A stretch of 64,000 nt of DNA. Origin: an uncultured Acidobacteriota bacterium. GTDB taxonomy: Bacteria > Acidobacteriota > UBA6911. The stretch covers positions 96,001 to 160,000 of the forward strand of contig CAWEJX010000021.1 of assembly GCA_963809485.1 (NCBI GenBank). Reading direction: 5' to 3'. How positions within the stretch are numbered: the stretch's first letter is position 1; every line of letters begins with the position of its first letter. Below the pieces are notes generated by a model. That model did not search any database, was not told where the DNA came from, and was given only the letters and a program-made list of their open reading frames with translations. A program made the translations under genes and the position numbers. Below are positions 31,100 through 42,434 of this stretch, piece by piece.

Positions 31100-34000
31100 G
31101 TGGATGATCCGATTTTCTTAAAAAAGGAAGGCCGACATCCCCTCCGGTTCCGGTCCCTGAACGAATGGATCGGGCAGACGCAGGGAGACCCGGCCGCCAC
31201 CGGAAATTTTGATGAGTTTTCCCCGGCGGCATTCGATCCCGTGGGGATGCCCGTCGAAATCCTCTCGCGGCGCAGGTTCCTCAGCCTTCTTTCCGCCTCC
31301 GCGACGCTGGCGTTGGGGACCTCTGCCTGCAGCCGCATCGACCGGCAGACCATCGTTCCATATACCAAGCGGCCGGAAGAAATAATTCCGGGCGTTGCCA
31401 ATTATTATGCGAGCACGTTCCAGGAAGGCCTGATCACCCAGGGAGTTTTGGTGAAAACCCGTGAGGGAAGGCCTATTCACGTGGAGGGGAATCCCGAGCA
31501 CCCGCTTGGCATGGGGATAACGAGTTTACGAAGTGTCGCGGACCTGCTTGGCCTTTATGATCCGGACCGGCTGCGCGGGCCATCCCGAGCCGGAACCAGA
31601 AAAACCTGGGAAGAGGCCGGCCGGGAAATAGTCCGCGCTCTCCGGACGGCGCGTGACAGCGGATCTGCTGTGCTGCTTCTGACGGACGCCGTGGTTTCAC
31701 CAACGCGAAGCGCGCTGATACAGGACTTGAAGAAAGCTCTGCCAAACCTGCACCATGCCGCCTGGGAACCGGCAGCCCCGCATGCGGAAATTTCAGCCGC
31801 AAAAGAGCTCTTTGGCGAAGCAGTGCCCGGCAGGATGCGCCTGGACCGGGCGGATGTCATTGTGGCATTCGAGGCGGATTTTTTGGGATCCGAGGGCAAC
31901 GATGCCGCCGCTATCCGGGATTTTGCCGCGCGGCGCAGCATTTCGGGGCCTGCCGACACCATGAACCGGCTCTGGGCATTCGAAGGCCGGATGAGCCTCA
32001 CCGGGGCAAATGCGGATCACCGCATACCGGTTCGGCCATCCCGCATCGCGCCCGTGATATTTGCCATTGCCGGTCATCTGAACCAAAAGCTCGGAGTTGC
32101 CCTGCCGACGGGATTGAATGCCCGCAGCTTGAGTCCTTTTGCACTGGAAGCCGTTGCGGCCGACTCGGCCATCGAGCCCGAGCTGCTTCGCGCTCTATGT
32201 GACGATTTGAAGCGGGCGGGCAGGTCCGCCCTCGCTGTCGCCGGCCCGGCGCTGACGCAGGAAGCACACGTCGCCTGCCAGCTGTTGAATGCCATGCTGG
32301 GCGCCGAAGGCTATACGGTGGACGCCTCCATGTCGCTGCCGGTCCGGGATCTGCTGACCTATGCCGGGCTGCAGGGTCTTCTTGATGAAGCCGCCGGAGG
32401 CAAATTTGCGGCAGCGGTGTTTTGGGGCGCAAACCCTGCCTATTCCTGTCCGCAGGCGTCTCTCTGGAAGGCGGCTGCGGCAAAAATCCCGTTTAAGATC
32501 AGGATCGGGCTGTACGAGGATGAGACCGCTCTCGACTGCGGCTGGCGGCTGCCCGAGCATCACTGGCTGGAAGCCTGGGGCGATTTTGAGTGCTCTGCGG
32601 ATATCCTCAGTCTGCGCCAGCCTGCGATGGGTGCGATACACGACACGCGCCAGGGAGAAGATATCCTTCTCTCCTGGCTGCGGGGGCTGGGAACGGATAC
32701 TCCACAAAATTATCTGGAATATATGAAAGCCCGCTGGGAAAGGGAGGTTTATCCTGCAGGCAGCCCGGTTCGCTTCCCGGCCTATTGGAATGCGGCACTT
32801 CACGACGGAGTGGTTCTGCGGGAGGCGAAGCCTCGTCCCGGGCGCAATCCCCGTCCGGAAGTTCTAACGGACGCCATCGAACGATCGGCGGCCGCGCTGA
32901 AAAAAGCGCCCGCCTCAATCGAGCTGGTGCTGCATCCGGCAGCCTCCGTATTTGACGGACGCTATGCCAACAATGGCTGGCTCAATGAACTGCCCGATCC
33001 CGTAACCAAAGCGACCTGGGGAAACCCCCTTCTTCTCTCCGTCTCCGACGCTGCCCGGCTTCAGTTGAAGGATGAAGACCAGGTCCGGATCACGGCGGGA
33101 TCGGCAAGTCTGGATGCTCCCGTAATTGTTCAGCCCGGACAAGCGCCGAGCGTGGCCAGCCTGTCCCTAGGGTACGGTCGGAAGGCCGGCAACGTGGCTG
33201 CGGGAGTGGGGAACAACGCGTATGTGTTGGCCGAATCCTCCGCCGCCTCGCCGCTGATCCGCGGAATCGCCAGGATCGAGTGTACGGGAGGCCGCAGGCC
33301 GGTTCCCAGGACGCAGGATCATTTTCGAATGGGGGGGCGCGACCTGGCCCGATCGCGGACCCTTTCCGAATTCGCACATGACGTCGCGCATGTCGACGCG
33401 GGGAAGCATCACGAACTGCATTCGCTGATTCCACCGCAGCAGTTTCCGGAACACAGGTGGGGGATGGCCATCGACCTATCCGCCTGCGTCGGCTGCAGCG
33501 CCTGCGTTATCGCCTGTCAATCGGAAAACAACATCCCGGTTGTAGGACCGGAGCGCATCATCGAGGGGCGGGAAATGCACTGGATCCGCGTCGATCGCTA
33601 CTACGAAGGGGACCCTGCCAATCCGAAGGTCATCCACCAGCCGGTTCCGTGCCAGCATTGCGAGAATGCGCCCTGCGAAATCGTCTGTCCGGTGAATGCC
33701 ACCACGCACAGTTCGGACGGGCTGAACCAGATGTCGTACAACCGCTGTGTGGGAACGCGCTACTGCTCCAACAATTGCCCGTACAAGGTCCGGCGTTTTA
33801 ACTTTTTCGATTATACATCCATGAAGAAGCAGCCTGAAAATCTGGTATTCAATCCCGAAGTGACGGTGAGACCGCGCGGCGTCATGGAGAAATGCACCTT
33901 TTGCATCCAGCGCATTGACGACGCAAGGCAGCGGGCAAACAGCGAGGGCCGCCGCCTGCGGGACGGAGAAATCCTTCCGGCATGTGCGGTCGCCTGTCCG

Positions 34001-34165
34001 GCCCAGGCGATCGTTTTCGGCGACCTGAACGATTCCCGGAGCAAAGTCGCGGCGGCATCCCGCATGGGCCGCGGATATCACATGCTGGAGGACCTCGGCG
34101 TCAAGCCGGCGGTCACTTATCTTGCAGACATCTCCAATCCCGTATCCGGAAAGGGTAAGGCATGA
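31100..34165 (+). CDS. actB: Alternative complex III ActB (molybdopterin-oxidoreductase-like + Fe-S domain)
   Basis: SRRRFL Tat motif with Cys, EGRPIHVEGNP, LYDPDR, NNGWLNELPDP, CVGCSACVIAC, CQHCENAPC, RCVGTRYCSNNCPY, CTFC. Start inferred at GTG 31100. Confidence 0.92.
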   Translation: MDDPIFLKKEGRHPLRFRSLNEWIGQTQGDPAATGNFDEFSPAAFDPVGMPVEILSRRRFLSLLSASATLALGTSACSRIDRQTIVPYTKRPEEIIPGVANYYASTFQEGLITQGVLVKTREGRPIHVEGNPEHPLGMGITSLRSVADLLGLYDPDRLRGPSRAGTRKTWEEAGREIVRALRTARDSGSAVLLLTDAVVSPTRSALIQDLKKALPNLHHAAWEPAAPHAEISAAKELFGEAVPGRMRLDRADVIVAFEADFLGSEGNDAAAIRDFAARRSISGPADTMNRLWAFEGRMSLTGANADHRIPVRPSRIAPVIFAIAGHLNQKLGVALPTGLNARSLSPFALEAVAADSAIEPELLRALCDDLKRAGRSALAVAGPALTQEAHVACQLLNAMLGAEGYTVDASMSLPVRDLLTYAGLQGLLDEAAGGKFAAAVFWGANPAYSCPQASLWKAAAAKIPFKIRIGLYEDETALDCGWRLPEHHWLEAWGDFECSADILSLRQPAMGAIHDTRQGEDILLSWLRGLGTDTPQNYLEYMKARWEREVYPAGSPVRFPAYWNAALHDGVVLREAKPRPGRNPRPEVLTDAIERSAAALKKAPASIELVLHPAASVFDGRYANNGWLNELPDPVTKATWGNPLLLSVSDAARLQLKDEDQVRITAGSASLDAPVIVQPGQAPSVASLSLGYGRKAGNVAAGVGNNAYVLAESSAASPLIRGIARIECTGGRRPVPRTQDHFRMGGRDLARSRTLSEFAHDVAHVDAGKHHELHSLIPPQQFPEHRWGMAIDLSACVGCSACVIACQSENNIPVVGPERIIEGREMHWIRVDRYYEGDPANPKVIHQPVPCQHCENAPCEIVCPVNATTHSSDGLNQMSYNRCVGTRYCSNNCPYKVRRFNFFDYTSMKKQPENLVFNPEVTVRPRGVMEKCTFCIQRIDDARQRANSEGRRLRDGEILPACAVACPAQAIVFGDLNDSRSKVAAASRMGRGYHMLEDLGVKPAVTYLADISNPVSGKGKA

Positions 34166-35568
34166 ATTCACGAACCGACTCCATGCCCGGACAGATCCTG
34201 CCGGAGTCCTTGAGGACGCCGCCCATTACGGCCGGCCCTGTCAGTCTTGCGGAACTGGATGAGCAGGTGCTATCGCCGGTCGAGCGGAAGCCGCCCAAGG
34301 CCTGGTTCTTCGCGTTTGCCTTCACCTCGGCGGTCACGCTCCTGGGGATGGGGCTCATCGGATACACGATTGCCACGGGCATCGGGGTCTGGGGCAACAA
34401 CATTCCGGTCGCCTGGGGCTTCGACATCATCAACTTTGTTTTCTGGGTGGGGATCGGTCATGCGGGGACGTTGATTTCGGCGATTCTGCTGCTGTTCAGG
34501 GCACGTTGGAGGAATGCGATTTCACGTTCTGCCGAGGCCCTCACCATATTCGCCATCCTGTGCGCCACCCTCTTTCCGCTTATCCACGTAGGCAGGCCCT
34601 GGCTCGCCTTTTGGCTTTTCCCCTACCCCAACCAGCGCGGCATCTGGCCTAATTTCCGTTCTCCGCTGATGTGGGACGTTTTTGCAGTGAATACATATTT
34701 CGCGGTTTCGCTCCTGTTCTGGTATCTCGGACTGGTGCCCGACTTCGCCTCCCTGCGGGAGAGAACGCAAAGCAAAATCCGCAAGTTCTTCTATTCCATT
34801 CTCAGCGCGGGCTGGCGCGGATCCGCCTCCCACTGGCACCACTACGAGAAGGCGTACCTCGTCATCGCCGGGCTTGCGACCGGTCTTGTCCTGTCGGTCC
34901 ACAGCGTTGTTTCCTTCGATTTCGCGGTGTCGCTGGTCCCGGGCTGGCACATGACTATTTTTCCGCCATACTTCGTGGCCGGCGCAATTTTCGCCGGTTT
35001 TGCCATGGTGGTGATCGTCCTCGTCGTCGTTCGGACCACGATGCGGCTGGAAAATCTCATCACCATGTATCACCTTGAGGTCATGAACAAAATCATACTG
35101 ACCTGCTCCTGCCTCATGGGCTATTCCTATCTGATGGAGGCGTGGACGGCCTGGTACAGCATGAATTCATACATCCACCATGCCTTCTGGCAATATGTCG
35201 CCGGTACTTACTGGTGGGCCGGCTGGACGACCATTACATGCAATATTGTTATCCCTCAGCTGCTGTGGGTGCGCCGTCTGCGCAGGAGCTATCCGGTGAT
35301 GATCTTTGTCGCCGTGGCGGTCACGGTGGGGATGTGGTTTGAGAGGTTCGTAATCATTGTGAGCTCGCTTCACCAGGATTTCCTGCCGTCCGCGTGGCAC
35401 ATATACAAGCCGACGCTTGTGGATTGCGGCATTCTGCTCGGCACCTTCGGGCTGTTCTTCACGCTGGTGCTCCTGTTCGCCCGGGTCCTGCCCGTTATTG
35501 CTTCCACGGAGATGAAAAGCGTTCTGCCGGGCATGCAACCTCGCCGGGAAGGAGGGGCGCATGAATAG
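34162..35568 (+). CDS. actC: Alternative complex III ActC (NrfD family)
   Basis: NFVFWVGIGHAGTLISAIL, WPNFRSPLMWDVFAV, VHSVVSFDFA. Confidence 0.93.
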   Translation: MNSRTDSMPGQILPESLRTPPITAGPVSLAELDEQVLSPVERKPPKAWFFAFAFTSAVTLLGMGLIGYTIATGIGVWGNNIPVAWGFDIINFVFWVGIGHAGTLISAILLLFRARWRNAISRSAEALTIFAILCATLFPLIHVGRPWLAFWLFPYPNQRGIWPNFRSPLMWDVFAVNTYFAVSLLFWYLGLVPDFASLRERTQSKIRKFFYSILSAGWRGSASHWHHYEKAYLVIAGLATGLVLSVHSVVSFDFAVSLVPGWHMTIFPPYFVAGAIFAGFAMVVIVLVVVRTTMRLENLITMYHLEVMNKIILTCSCLMGYSYLMEAWTAWYSMNSYIHHAFWQYVAGTYWWAGWTTITCNIVIPQLLWVRRLRRSYPVMIFVAVAVTVGMWFERFVIIVSSLHQDFLPSAWHIYKPTLVDCGILLGTFGLFFTLVLLFARVLPVIASTEMKSVLPGMQPRREGGAHE

Positions 35569-36706
35569 AGAGGTCTTCTCCGTCCTGGGTATATTTGACA
35601 GCGCTCAGCAGTTGATGGACGCTATCGCGGCTGTTAAAGGAAAGGTGCCGGGCAAACTTGAAGCGTATACGCCCTATCCAATTCACGGAATAGAGCAGGC
35701 GCTGGGATTGAGGAAGTCCCCCATTGCGGGCATGGTCCTGGTGATGGGTTTTATCGGCGCGATATCCGCCATGGTCTTTGAGCTCTGGACCGAAGCCGTG
35801 GATTACCCGATGATGACCGCCGGCAAGCCGTTCTGGTCCTGGGAAGCCTTCGTCCCCATCATGTTCGAAGCCATGGTGCTTTTCGCCTGCTTCACTGCAG
35901 GCCTGGGCATGCTTTTCCTGCTGAACCGGCTGCCGATGTTCCGCCATCCGATGCTGAGCTCCAGGTCGATGCCGCTCGTCACCCGGGACAAATTTGCCCT
36001 TGCCGTCGAAACGGAGGGGCAGAGAGTGGATGTCGATGGGATCTCGCGGCTTCTGGAGTCGGTTGGCGCCCGTTCGATTGAGGTTGTCGAACAAATGCCG
36101 GCGGCAGGGCCTGCTTCACCCCAATTCCTGTTTCGATTCACCGTCGGGGTGATCGTTGCCTGTCTGGCCGCCGGATACCTGACCTATTGGGTCATCAAGC
36201 TTTATCCGCGCGCTATCCCGATGGTGCATATGCTCGATCAGCCCCGCCTCGATCCGCAGCGGGAAGATTCCTTCTTCCGGGACGGCGCTGGCATGCGCAT
36301 GCCTGTAGCCGGCACCGTGGCACGCGGCCACATGCCCTATTTGATTCAAAGCGAAAACGAGGCGGATCTGCTGCCTAATCCTCTGCCCCGGACGGAGGAA
36401 GTGCTGAAACAAGGCCGCCTTACCTTCAACACCTACTGCTCCGTCTGCCACGGCATCCTCGGCAACGGAAAGCCCACTCTTACGGCTGCTTACGGTGCAA
36501 AGCCTGCCAACCTGGTCTCCGAGTCGATCCGCGATTATGCCGATGGAAGGCTATATCACGTCATCACGATGGGCAAAAATACCATGACCTCCTATGCCGC
36601 AGACGTGGGCAGGGAGGAACGCTGGACGGTGGTCCATTACGTGCGCGTGCTGCAGCGCGCCCTGAATGCACGGGACGAGGACATCCCTGAGGAGGCTCGA
36701 AAATGA
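35561..36706 (+). CDS. Fused ActD (DUF3341) and ActE monoheme cytochrome c
   Basis: AYTPYPIHG and AFVPIMFE (ActD) followed by MLDQP, PVAGTVARG, CSVCHG, ERWTVVHYVRVLQ (ActE) in one frame. Confidence 0.87.
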   Translation: MNREVFSVLGIFDSAQQLMDAIAAVKGKVPGKLEAYTPYPIHGIEQALGLRKSPIAGMVLVMGFIGAISAMVFELWTEAVDYPMMTAGKPFWSWEAFVPIMFEAMVLFACFTAGLGMLFLLNRLPMFRHPMLSSRSMPLVTRDKFALAVETEGQRVDVDGISRLLESVGARSIEVVEQMPAAGPASPQFLFRFTVGVIVACLAAGYLTYWVIKLYPRAIPMVHMLDQPRLDPQREDSFFRDGAGMRMPVAGTVARGHMPYLIQSENEADLLPNPLPRTEEVLKQGRLTFNTYCSVCHGILGNGKPTLTAAYGAKPANLVSESIRDYADGRLYHVITMGKNTMTSYAADVGREERWTVVHYVRVLQRALNARDEDIPEEARK

Positions 36707-37848
36707 GCGACAGAGGCGCAACCAGGATTCTTGCAGCCACGGCGTTCGCCGGCCTTGCAGGCGCTGCAGCCACAGGTCCCGTGGCCGGATGGGAGCGCTT
36801 TTGGATCAACTGGATCCAGTGGTTTCTCTTCCTCCTGACCATCGGCCTGGGATGCCTTTTTATCGTGGCCCTGGAGCACGTGGTGGGCGCCAGGTGGAGC
36901 GTTCCCCTGCGCCGCGTCCCCGAAAAGCTCTCCGTCCTCATGCTCCTTGCATGCCCCCTCGCCCTGGCGGGACTGTTTTCTCTGCCGATCCTGTATCCAT
37001 GGACCCGCCCGGAAAGCCTCCAGAATCCCTTAATCGCCGGAAAGGCTTTCTGGTTGAGCATCCAATTCTTTGCCATCCGCGCGGTTGTCTGTATCGGGCT
37101 CTGGGTGATTGCCTACCGGATCTTGATCCGTGGATCGATGCGCCAGGACGAGGACAAGGATCCGAAATTCAACGTGCGCGCCCGGCGATTCGCACCGGTG
37201 TTCATGGTGCTATTCGGCATCACGCTTACAGTAGTGGCATTCGACTGGATCTCGAGTTTGGAGCCCGAGTGGTACAGCGATATTTTCGGAGTATACATTT
37301 TTGCCGGGACCTTTCTCGCCGGACTGGCGGCCACCGTTCTGGCGGTCCAATACCTGATGGCACGCGGCCGGCTGCCGGGAGTTACACCGGACCATGTCTA
37401 CAACCTGGGCGGATTTCTTTTCGCTTTCACGGTGTTCTGGTCCTATATCGGCTTCGCCCAGTACATGCTCATGTGGTATGCCAATCTCCCGGAGGAAGTC
37501 TTCTGGTACAAGGAGCGGCTCGAGGGGCTCTGGGGGCCGCTTCTGCTGGCGCTCGCGGTGCTGCATTTCTTTGTCCCATTTTTTGTGCTGATCCCGCGCG
37601 ACTCGAAAAGAGGTCGGCGCCGGATGTTCTGGATTTCAATCCTGGTGCTTTTTGCGCACTGGCTGGATCTTTACTGGATGATTTTCCCGGCGATCGCGAA
37701 AAATCCGGTTTTCAGCTGGTCTGAGATTTCGTTTGGGCTGCTGTTCTTGTCTGCAGCCCTGCTCTGGATCCGGCGCGCAATGACCCGGGGAGCCGACATG
37801 CCTGTGGGGGATCCGTTCCTCCGGGAAGGTTTGGAGTTCCGCCTATGA
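36703..37848 (+). CDS. actF: Alternative complex III ActF
   Basis: WSVPLRR, FDWISSLEPEWYSDIFG, FWSYIGFAQYMLMWYANLPEE, PVGDP. Confidence 0.9.
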   Translation: MSDRGATRILAATAFAGLAGAAATGPVAGWERFWINWIQWFLFLLTIGLGCLFIVALEHVVGARWSVPLRRVPEKLSVLMLLACPLALAGLFSLPILYPWTRPESLQNPLIAGKAFWLSIQFFAIRAVVCIGLWVIAYRILIRGSMRQDEDKDPKFNVRARRFAPVFMVLFGITLTVVAFDWISSLEPEWYSDIFGVYIFAGTFLAGLAATVLAVQYLMARGRLPGVTPDHVYNLGGFLFAFTVFWSYIGFAQYMLMWYANLPEEVFWYKERLEGLWGPLLLALAVLHFFVPFFVLIPRDSKRGRRRMFWISILVLFAHWLDLYWMIFPAIAKNPVFSWSEISFGLLFLSAALLWIRRAMTRGADMPVGDPFLREGLEFRL

Positions 37849-38759
37849 TAGAGAAATACGTGGATGCGGAGGAACTCAAACGGCTCGTATCGACTTTGCT
37901 CGTCGTGGTCGGCGCGCTTCTGATCGCGGCTCTGTTTGCATCGATCGTAGTCCCCGGGATAAGAAATGCCAACAGGCCGGCGGCTCCCACGCCGGTGAAG
38001 CCCGTCGTCGGCGAACCCGGGTGGCTTGATCCGGCCGAATTTCCGCCCGAAAAAGGACGCGAAATTCCACCGGTGGACCCGGTAGCCCTGATCGCTCCCT
38101 CCCCGGAACTGCTCGCCCGGGGCAAGGAGGTTTATGCGCCGAATTGCGTCGCGTGCCACGGCGAATCGGGAAAAGGCGATGGAACTGCCGCCTCCACGAT
38201 GAAGCCCGTACCCCGGAACTTCGCGCAGCCCGACGGATGGACGAGCGGGAGCGACCTGGCCGCGATCTTCAAAACTCTGAGCGAGGGCATTCCGGGCACT
38301 TCCATGTCTGCGTTCGACTATCTGACGAGGCGAGACCGGATGGCGCTGGCGCATTACGTACAGTCGTTTGGGGCTTTCACGCATCCCGCAGGCAGCCGGG
38401 AATCGATGGACGCTTTATCGAAGAATTTGGCGGCGCCGGGAGAAAAAACCTCCAACAAGATTCCTGTGAGCATGGCAATCCGCAAACTGGAACAGCAGTT
38501 CTCGGCTCCTCCGCCGATTGCTGTCCCAGCGCCAGACCCGAGCGCCGAAGCCCGGATTCTGCGCCGCGTGATCACCGATGGGACCAGGGCTGCGCAGACA
38601 CTCGCGGGCTCATCGCTGTGGCGTACCGGCCCCCAGGGTCTCGCAAACGCAATACTCAGCGGCGCTCCCGCCAACGGTTTTTCCACGGGGGCCGCAACGC
38701 TGAGTCCTGCCGAGTGGCAGGAACTCTATAGCGGGTTACTAAGGATCTATCCGCAGTGA
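37845..38759 (+). CDS. Membrane-anchored monoheme cytochrome c
   Basis: N-terminal TM, CVACHGESGKGDG, GIPGTSM. Confidence 0.85.
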   Translation: MIEKYVDAEELKRLVSTLLVVVGALLIAALFASIVVPGIRNANRPAAPTPVKPVVGEPGWLDPAEFPPEKGREIPPVDPVALIAPSPELLARGKEVYAPNCVACHGESGKGDGTAASTMKPVPRNFAQPDGWTSGSDLAAIFKTLSEGIPGTSMSAFDYLTRRDRMALAHYVQSFGAFTHPAGSRESMDALSKNLAAPGEKTSNKIPVSMAIRKLEQQFSAPPPIAVPAPDPSAEARILRRVITDGTRAAQTLAGSSLWRTGPQGLANAILSGAPANGFSTGAATLSPAEWQELYSGLLRIYPQ

Positions 38760-38821
38760 GGGTCCATGAAACAGGCTTTGGGGCTGGTACGGGGTCTGGT
38801 CTTGAGGCGACTCTCGGTCGT

Positions 38822-39015
38822 AGTCAGGCACCGCCGGCAAAACCGGGAGCAAGATTTGAACCGCTCAAAGCCGTTGGGGGAGTTATGCCGGTCTTGAACG
38901 CCGACCCTCAGCGAACAAATCGGCGTTTGTCAGCGCTTTTGTCAGCGTATCTCAGCGTTTCAAAATACAGAGCTGTCAAACTCCATCAGTCCCCCGGCAA
39001 AGCCTGGAATTTACT
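38822..39015 (-). mobile_element. IS200/IS605-like miniature element, copy 3 (~194 bp), inside the respiratory operon
   Basis: Minus strand AGTAAATTCCAGGCTTTGCCGGGGGACTGATGGAGTTTGACAG ... CGGCTTTGAGCGGTTCAAATCTTGCTCCCGGTTTTGCCGGCGGTGCCTGACT. Confidence 0.75.
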
Positions 39016-39077
39016 AATGGAAATAGAGCCTATCGGCTCCGCCAGGTAATGGTTTAGCGGAAGAGAAGGAGGCGGCA

Positions 39078-39881
39078 ATGAAACGTTTTGTTTTGCTTTT
39101 AGCATGGGCCATCGGAGCCCTGCTCGCCTGCGGCGTGGCATCGGGCGCCCGGGGGGCATCCCAGCAGGAAGCCGGCATCGTGGAAAAGCCCGGTGCGCAG
39201 GCAGCGCTGGACCCCGTACTCAAGGACGAGGATGGAAACGATATTGCGCTGCGCATGCTGATGGGCAAGCCGACAATTTTGACGCTGAACTATTTCCGTT
39301 GCGCAGGAATCTGCACTCCGCTCCTCAACGGTCTTGCCACCACCCTCAACGAGATCGGGCTGGAGCCGGGCAAAGACTTCCAGGTTGTCACGATGAGCTT
39401 CGATCCTGTGGACACGCCCGAAGTCGCTCATCAGAAGCGCATCAATTACCTTAAACAGATGACCCGTCCGTTCCCGCCGGCGGCATGGAGGTTCCTGACC
39501 GGCACCGCGCAGGCGACCAGGGCTGTGACCGATTCGGTAGGGTTCAATTTCAAGCCTGCAGGCGATGGCTACGTCCACGCAGGAGCGATCATTGTTCTCA
39601 CACCCGCAGGAAACGTGAGCCGGTATCTGTACGGCACCAGTTTTCTCCCCGCCGACCTCCAGATGGCAGTCCAGGAGGCCAAATTGGGATATGTACGGCC
39701 CACCATTTCAAAGGTCCTTTCCTTCTGTTACAGCTATGATCCCGAAGGGCGGCGTTACATTTTCAGCCTGACCCGCCTGGTGGGGGCGATCATCCTGGTG
39801 CTTGCCGTCGCATATGTGATCTACCTTGTGGCGGCCGGCCGTTTGCGCAAAGGGAAAGAAAAAGAAAGGCAATCGGCATGA
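39078..39881 (+). CDS. SCO1/SenC copper chaperone
   Basis: YFRCAGIC (CxxxC), SFDP, WRFLTG, YVH, SRYLYG. Confidence 0.9.
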   Translation: MKRFVLLLAWAIGALLACGVASGARGASQQEAGIVEKPGAQAALDPVLKDEDGNDIALRMLMGKPTILTLNYFRCAGICTPLLNGLATTLNEIGLEPGKDFQVVTMSFDPVDTPEVAHQKRINYLKQMTRPFPPAAWRFLTGTAQATRAVTDSVGFNFKPAGDGYVHAGAIIVLTPAGNVSRYLYGTSFLPADLQMAVQEAKLGYVRPTISKVLSFCYSYDPEGRRYIFSLTRLVGAIILVLAVAYVIYLVAAGRLRKGKEKERQSA

Positions 39882-41506
39882 CGAATTCGGCTGCTGGACC
39901 GGTCCCGGTTGCGCGGGGCTATCTGGAACAGGGAAGAAGAAAGGGAATTCTCGGGTGGCTCCTGTCCACGGATCACAAAAGAATCGGGGTGCTGTATCTC
40001 GGCACCATGCTGACGTTTTTCTTCGTGGCGGTGCTGATCGGCGTACTCATGCGAATCGAGCAGCTCACGCTGAATCCACCGCTGTTCCCGGCGCAGATCT
40101 ACAACGCGTTTTTCACACTGCACGGCGTCATCATGATTTTCCTTTTCGTCCTTCCCGGGCTGTCGGCCGTGTTCGGAAACTTCTTTCTGCCCATCATGAT
40201 CGGCGCGGAGGATGTGGCATTCCCCAGGCTCAACCTGACTTCCTGGTATTTCTTTATCACGGGGGCACTGCTCGCGGTCGTTGCGCTTTTCACAGGAAAC
40301 GGCCCCCCCGACACAGGATGGACCTTTTACGCGCCCTTCAGCATTCGCACCGGTACCAATGTCACGCTGGGAGTTTTTGCCGCATTCGTTCTCGGCTTCT
40401 CATCGATTCTTACAGGATTGAACTTCATCACTACGGTCCACCGGATGCGGGCGCCCGGGATGCACTGGCACCGCATGCCCCTGTTCATCTGGTCGCTCTA
40501 TGCAACGGCGTGGATTCAGGTTCTTGCGACACCCATTTTGGGAATAACGCTCCTGCTCGTGATCGCGGAGCGCCTGTTCGGAATCGGCGTGTTCGACCCG
40601 GCCAAGGGAGGCGACCCCATCCTCTACCAGCATCTTTTCTGGATCTACTCGCATCCTGCGGTGTACATCATGATCGTTCCGGCAATGGGAGCGATTTCCG
40701 AGATCATCCCTACCTTCGCCCATCGAACGATCTTCGGCTACCGTGCAATCGCCTACTCCTCGATGGCCATTGCAGCCCTGGGGTCCCTCGTGTGGGGGCA
40801 CCACATGTTCACCAGCGGCATGGCAGACCAGGCCAACGTGGTTTTTTCGCTCCTTACATTCCTCGTGGCTGTTCCAAGCGCCATCAAGGTATTCAACTGG
40901 ACGGCTACTCTCTACAAAGGATCCATCGAGCTCAAGCCCGCCATGCTGTACGCGCTCACGTTTATCTTCCTGTTCGCCATCGGAGGGCTCACGGGAATCA
41001 TACAGGGAGCCCTGAACGTCAACGTGCACCTGCATGATACGTATTGGATCGTGGGGCATTTTCATTATGTTATGTTCGGCGGCACCGGCGTGGGATTCCT
41101 GGCCGCATTGCTGTACTGGTTTCCGAAAATGTTCGGCAAAATGTACAACCACACAATGGCCGTCGTCGCCTGGTTCCCCATCTTCATCGGGTTCAACATC
41201 TTTTATTTCACAATGCTGGTCCTGGGATATATGGGCATGCCGAGACGGTACTTCACGCACTTGCCGCAATACCATGAGGCGCATGTCATCGCTTCCATAG
41301 GCGCCTTCATCATGGTTTTCGGGCTTCTGCTCTTTTTTGGAAACCTGCTGGCGGCTCTCTGGAAAGGGAAAAAGGCCGAAGCGAACCCCTGGGGAGGCGT
41401 CACGCTCGAGTGGCAAACATCCAGCCCGCCGCCCCTGGAGAATTTCGAGACGCGCCCCGAGATCCACGAGCGTCCCTATATATTCAACCCGGAGATAAAC
41501 CGATGA
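39878..41506 (+). CDS. ctaD: Heme-copper oxidase subunit I, A2 type
   Basis: TDHKRIG, GWTFY, YSHPAVY, WGHHM, HFH, GMPRRY. Confidence 0.95.
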   Translation: MTNSAAGPVPVARGYLEQGRRKGILGWLLSTDHKRIGVLYLGTMLTFFFVAVLIGVLMRIEQLTLNPPLFPAQIYNAFFTLHGVIMIFLFVLPGLSAVFGNFFLPIMIGAEDVAFPRLNLTSWYFFITGALLAVVALFTGNGPPDTGWTFYAPFSIRTGTNVTLGVFAAFVLGFSSILTGLNFITTVHRMRAPGMHWHRMPLFIWSLYATAWIQVLATPILGITLLLVIAERLFGIGVFDPAKGGDPILYQHLFWIYSHPAVYIMIVPAMGAISEIIPTFAHRTIFGYRAIAYSSMAIAALGSLVWGHHMFTSGMADQANVVFSLLTFLVAVPSAIKVFNWTATLYKGSIELKPAMLYALTFIFLFAIGGLTGIIQGALNVNVHLHDTYWIVGHFHYVMFGGTGVGFLAALLYWFPKMFGKMYNHTMAVVAWFPIFIGFNIFYFTMLVLGYMGMPRRYFTHLPQYHEAHVIASIGAFIMVFGLLLFFGNLLAALWKGKKAEANPWGGVTLEWQTSSPPPLENFETRPEIHERPYIFNPEINR

Positions 41507-42126
41507 GCAAACCGGCTGTAGCCCTCTCTCATACGGGTCACAAGGACTACCAGGGCGCCAAGCTCGGGATGTGGATCTTTCTCTTCACCGAGCTTCTCCT
41601 GTTCGGCGGCCTGTTCATACTGTACTCCTCCTATCGCGCCATCTATCCGCATGATTTCCACGAGGGAGGCCAGCATCTGAACGTGGTCATCGGGGTCGTG
41701 AATACGGTGTTCCTGCTCACCAGCAGCCTCACGGTCGCCGTCTCAATCTCGGCTCTCCGGAAAGGCAATCGCCAGCTCACTTTGCAGTGCCTGGGAGCCA
41801 CGATCGTGCTGGGAATCCTGTTCCTGGCCAACAAATATATCGAGTGGAGCGAGGAAATCCGCCGCGGCATTTACCCGAACGGGCCCGAACTCGGGAAGCT
41901 TCCCAACGGAGAAAAAATATTTTACGGATTGTATTACAGCATGACCGGCCTGCACGGCCTGCACGTGCTTGCAGGCGTCGTGGTGCTCACTGTGATCCTC
42001 GCGTTCGTCCTGAGAAACAGGATCACGACCGCCGATTATGTAAAGCTCGAAAATGCCGGATTGTACTGGCATCTTGTGGACGTGATCTGGATCTTTTTGC
42101 TCCCTATGCTCTATCTCGCCGCTTGA
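41503..42126 (+). CDS. ctaE: Heme-copper oxidase subunit III
   Basis: [37 protein letters not shown]. Confidence 0.93.
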   Translation: MSKPAVALSHTGHKDYQGAKLGMWIFLFTELLLFGGLFILYSSYRAIYPHDFHEGGQHLNVVIGVVNTVFLLTSSLTVAVSISALRKGNRQLTLQCLGATIVLGILFLANKYIEWSEEIRRGIYPNGPELGKLPNGEKIFYGLYYSMTGLHGLHVLAGVVVLTVILAFVLRNRITTADYVKLENAGLYWHLVDVIWIFLLPMLYLAA

Positions 42127-42137
42127 CGGAGTTTGCG

Positions 42138-42428
42138 ATGGAACCAGCACAGGAACACAGTCCCATAATTCCCTATCAGACCCTGGTGCAGGTGTGGCTG
42201 GTCCTGCTTCTGTTAACCGCGATCCTGGTCTTCGTAAGCACCAGGTATCACGAAGCCCTCTCTGTCTGGGCCATGCTGACTCTGACTCCGTTGAAGGCGG
42301 GCCTGGTTTTTTATTATTTCATGCACCTGAAATACGAGAAGCCTTTCCTTAAGACCATGGTGCTGATAACAATCGCCGCGCTCCTCATTTTCATCGGTCT
42401 GACTTTCCTGGATATTTTGCAGAGGTAA
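42138..42428 (+). CDS. Oxidase subunit IV family protein
   Basis: KAGLVFYYFMHLKYE; three TM helices. Confidence 0.88.
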   Translation: MEPAQEHSPIIPYQTLVQVWLVLLLLTAILVFVSTRYHEALSVWAMLTLTPLKAGLVFYYFMHLKYEKPFLKTMVLITIAALLIFIGLTFLDILQR

Positions 42429-42434
42429 GATGCC